Assembly: GCA_026625185.1 (NCBI GenBank)
Contig: CP113000.1
Location: 495,622 to 527,621, forward strand
DNA length: 32,000 bases
Reading direction: 5' to 3'
Origin: Thermodesulfobacteriota bacterium
GTDB lineage: Bacteria; Desulfobacterota; WTBG01; JAGOGO01
The notes beneath the pieces were generated by a model. That model saw only the letters and a list, made by a program, of their open reading frames with translations, was not told where the DNA came from and searched no databases. Positions 30,563-32,000 of the stretch are shown piece after piece. Position 1 is the first letter of the stretch, and each line of letters opens with the position of its first letter. The position numbers were made by a program, and so were the translations under genes.

Positions 30563-32000
30563 ATGGAACACGGCTCAACCAATTCAACAATTAATCGCAT
30601 TGGGTTCATCGGCAACTACCTGCCGCGCCAGTGCGGCATCGCCACATTTACCACCGACTTATGTGAGGCCATAGCCGCCGAATTTGACGGCACAACGTGC
30701 ATTGCCCTGCCCGTCAACGACCTCGATGCCGGCTATGCCTACCCGGCCCGCGTGCGCTTTGAACTGACGGAAAAGGATGTTGACTCCTACCGCCGCGCCG
30801 CCGACTTCCTGAATATCAACAGCGTGGACCTGGTCTGCCTGCAACACGAATACGGCATTTATGGCGGACGGGCGGGCAGCCACATCCTGGCTCTCCTACG
30901 TGAACTGCGCATGCCGATCGTTACGACTTTTCACACCATTCTGCATGATCCCGACCCCGATCAGCAACGGGTGCTGGAAGAAGTCGCAGCCCTGTCCGAC
31001 CGGTTGGTGGTCATGAGTGAGCGCGGCAGGGAATTCTTAGAAAAAGTTTATGGAATCCAGCCGGAGAAAATTGATTTTATCCCCCACGGCATCCCTGATG
31101 TGCCGTTTATGGACCCGAGTTTTCACAAAGACCTTTTTGGCGTCGAGGGCAAAACCGTCTTACTCAGTTTTGGTTTGCTCTCAGCGAACAAAGGGGTCGA
31201 AACGGTTATTGCCGCTCTGCCCGCCATTTTGGCCCGCCATCCGAACGTGGTCTACATCATCCTCGGCGCCACCCATCCTCAAGTCGTGCGGAACGAAGGC
31301 GAAACCTATCGGCTGTCTCTGCAATGGCTGGCCCATGAGAAAGGTGTGGAAGGTCAGGTGATTTTTTATAACCGCTTTGTCAGTTTGGAAGAACTGGTCG
31401 AGTTTATCGGCGCGGCGGATATTTACATCACCCCTTATCTCAACGAGGTCCAGATCACCTCGGGTACTCTGGCCTATACCCTGGGGGCGGGCAAGGCCGT
31501 GATTTCGACACCCTACTGGTATGCGGAAGAAATGCTGGCCGAAGAACGGGGAGCGCTGGTTCCCTTCCGCGACCCAGCGGCATTGGCTGAGCAAGTGATT
31601 GACCTGTTGGACAACGAGGCCAAACGCCACGCCATGCGCAAACGGGCGTATCTGTTCGGGCGAGCGATGGTCTGGCCTATCGTGGCCCGAAGCTACATGG
31701 AGAGTTTTAAACGCGCCCGGGACGAACGCCGTCATTTCACCCCGTCGGGCTTCGCCGTCAAACCGCTTGATAAACGTCCTAGTGAACTCCCCCCTCTCAA
31801 ACTCGATCATTTACACCTCATGACGGACGACACCGGCATGTTGCAACATGCCAGTTTCACGATACCCAACTATCGGGAGGGTTACAGCATCGACGACAAC
31901 GCCCGCGCCCTGATCGTGAGCACTCACCTTGAAGAACTGGGCAGCGGCGAGGCATTTAAACTGGCTTCTCGTTATCTCGCTTTCATCGGGTATGCCTTCA
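30563..32000 (+). CDS. GT-B (group 1 / GT4-like) glycosyltransferase with C-terminal extension, 3' end outside window
   Basis: My own translation from the ATG at 30563 is open to the window end (479 codons): MEHGSTNSTINRIGFIGNYLPRQCGIATFTTDL ... LLSFGLLSANKGVE ... ADIYITPYLNEVQITSGTLAYTLGAGKAVISTP ... It is not in the ORF track because no stop is reached. The minus-strand ORFs listed here are its antisense shadows. Confidence 0.8.
   Translation, partial: MEHGSTNSTINRIGFIGNYLPRQCGIATFTTDLCEAIAAEFDGTTCIALPVNDLDAGYAYPARVRFELTEKDVDSYRRAADFLNINSVDLVCLQHEYGIYGGRAGSHILALLRELRMPIVTTFHTILHDPDPDQQRVLEEVAALSDRLVVMSERGREFLEKVYGIQPEKIDFIPHGIPDVPFMDPSFHKDLFGVEGKTVLLSFGLLSANKGVETVIAALPAILARHPNVVYIILGATHPQVVRNEGETYRLSLQWLAHEKGVEGQVIFYNRFVSLEELVEFIGAADIYITPYLNEVQITSGTLAYTLGAGKAVISTPYWYAEEMLAEERGALVPFRDPAALAEQVIDLLDNEAKRHAMRKRAYLFGRAMVWPIVARSYMESFKRARDERRHFTPSGFAVKPLDKRPSELPPLKLDHLHLMTDDTGMLQHASFTIPNYREGYSIDDNARALIVSTHLEELGSGEAFKLASRYLAFIGYAF

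Noticed and set aside
30659-31810. Minus-strand ORFs of 74 and 209 aa (and + ORFs 31050-31361, 31599-31823)
   Set aside because: They lie inside, or out of frame with, the long open + frame from 30563 that encodes a recognisable glycosyltransferase. GC-rich DNA generates long spurious antisense ORFs.
1-32000. Integron integrase (intI), other tyrosine/serine recombinase, or transposase
   Set aside because: No ORF of 60 aa or more in any frame shows recombinase motifs (R ... HxxR ... Y) or DDE signatures. Only a 35-codon tail-like ORF at 11281-11388 is mentioned as a speculative remnant.

Overview
32-kb bacterial chromosomal window. BamD and PilT indicate a Gram-negative type; GC is moderate and the species cannot be identified from the sequence alone. 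It has four parts. (1) 1-11.4 kb: co-oriented (+) accessory genes separated by imperfect palindromes bounded by ...AAC on the left and GTT... on the right, i.e. integron attC-like sites. The cargo is mostly nucleases (McrBC-like pair, EVE/PD-(D/E)xK fusion, two NucS/DUF91-like nucleases) and proteases (proteasome-beta/HslV-like Thr protease, SDH/ClpP-fold Ser protease). The array decays into gene fragments next to tRNA-Arg(ACG). (2) 11.4-25.2 kb: core housekeeping block (tRNA-Arg, DUF2784, recA-pilT-recX-alaS, bamD, amidohydrolase, glmU-glmS, CIMS-like enzyme, MauE/DoxX + rhodanese). (3) 25.2-30.5 kb: a second cassette array with textbook attC hairpins (26980-27037, 27926-27992, 28738-28788). 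It carries a small secreted protein, an HNH_2 nuclease, a DUF4238 protein, a cytoplasmic trypsin-like protease, a CDF transporter plus membrane protein, and a GNAT pseudogene. (4) 30.56-32.0 kb: a visibly GC-richer glycosyltransferase gene that runs off the window; it is absent from the supplied ORF track because it has no stop. One repeat family (approx. gtccctaaaatcataaaattCTTAACAAC ... ccaatataaacattGTTAGC) occurs on both sides of the core block. I found no integron integrase, CRISPR array, rRNA or intact transposase. The best candidates for something new are one- or two-gene cassettes encoding stand-alone proteases of three unrelated folds, plus reader/nuclease fusions, all inside a defence-loaded cassette array without an integrase. 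All domain calls are by-eye motif recognition; no database search was run.
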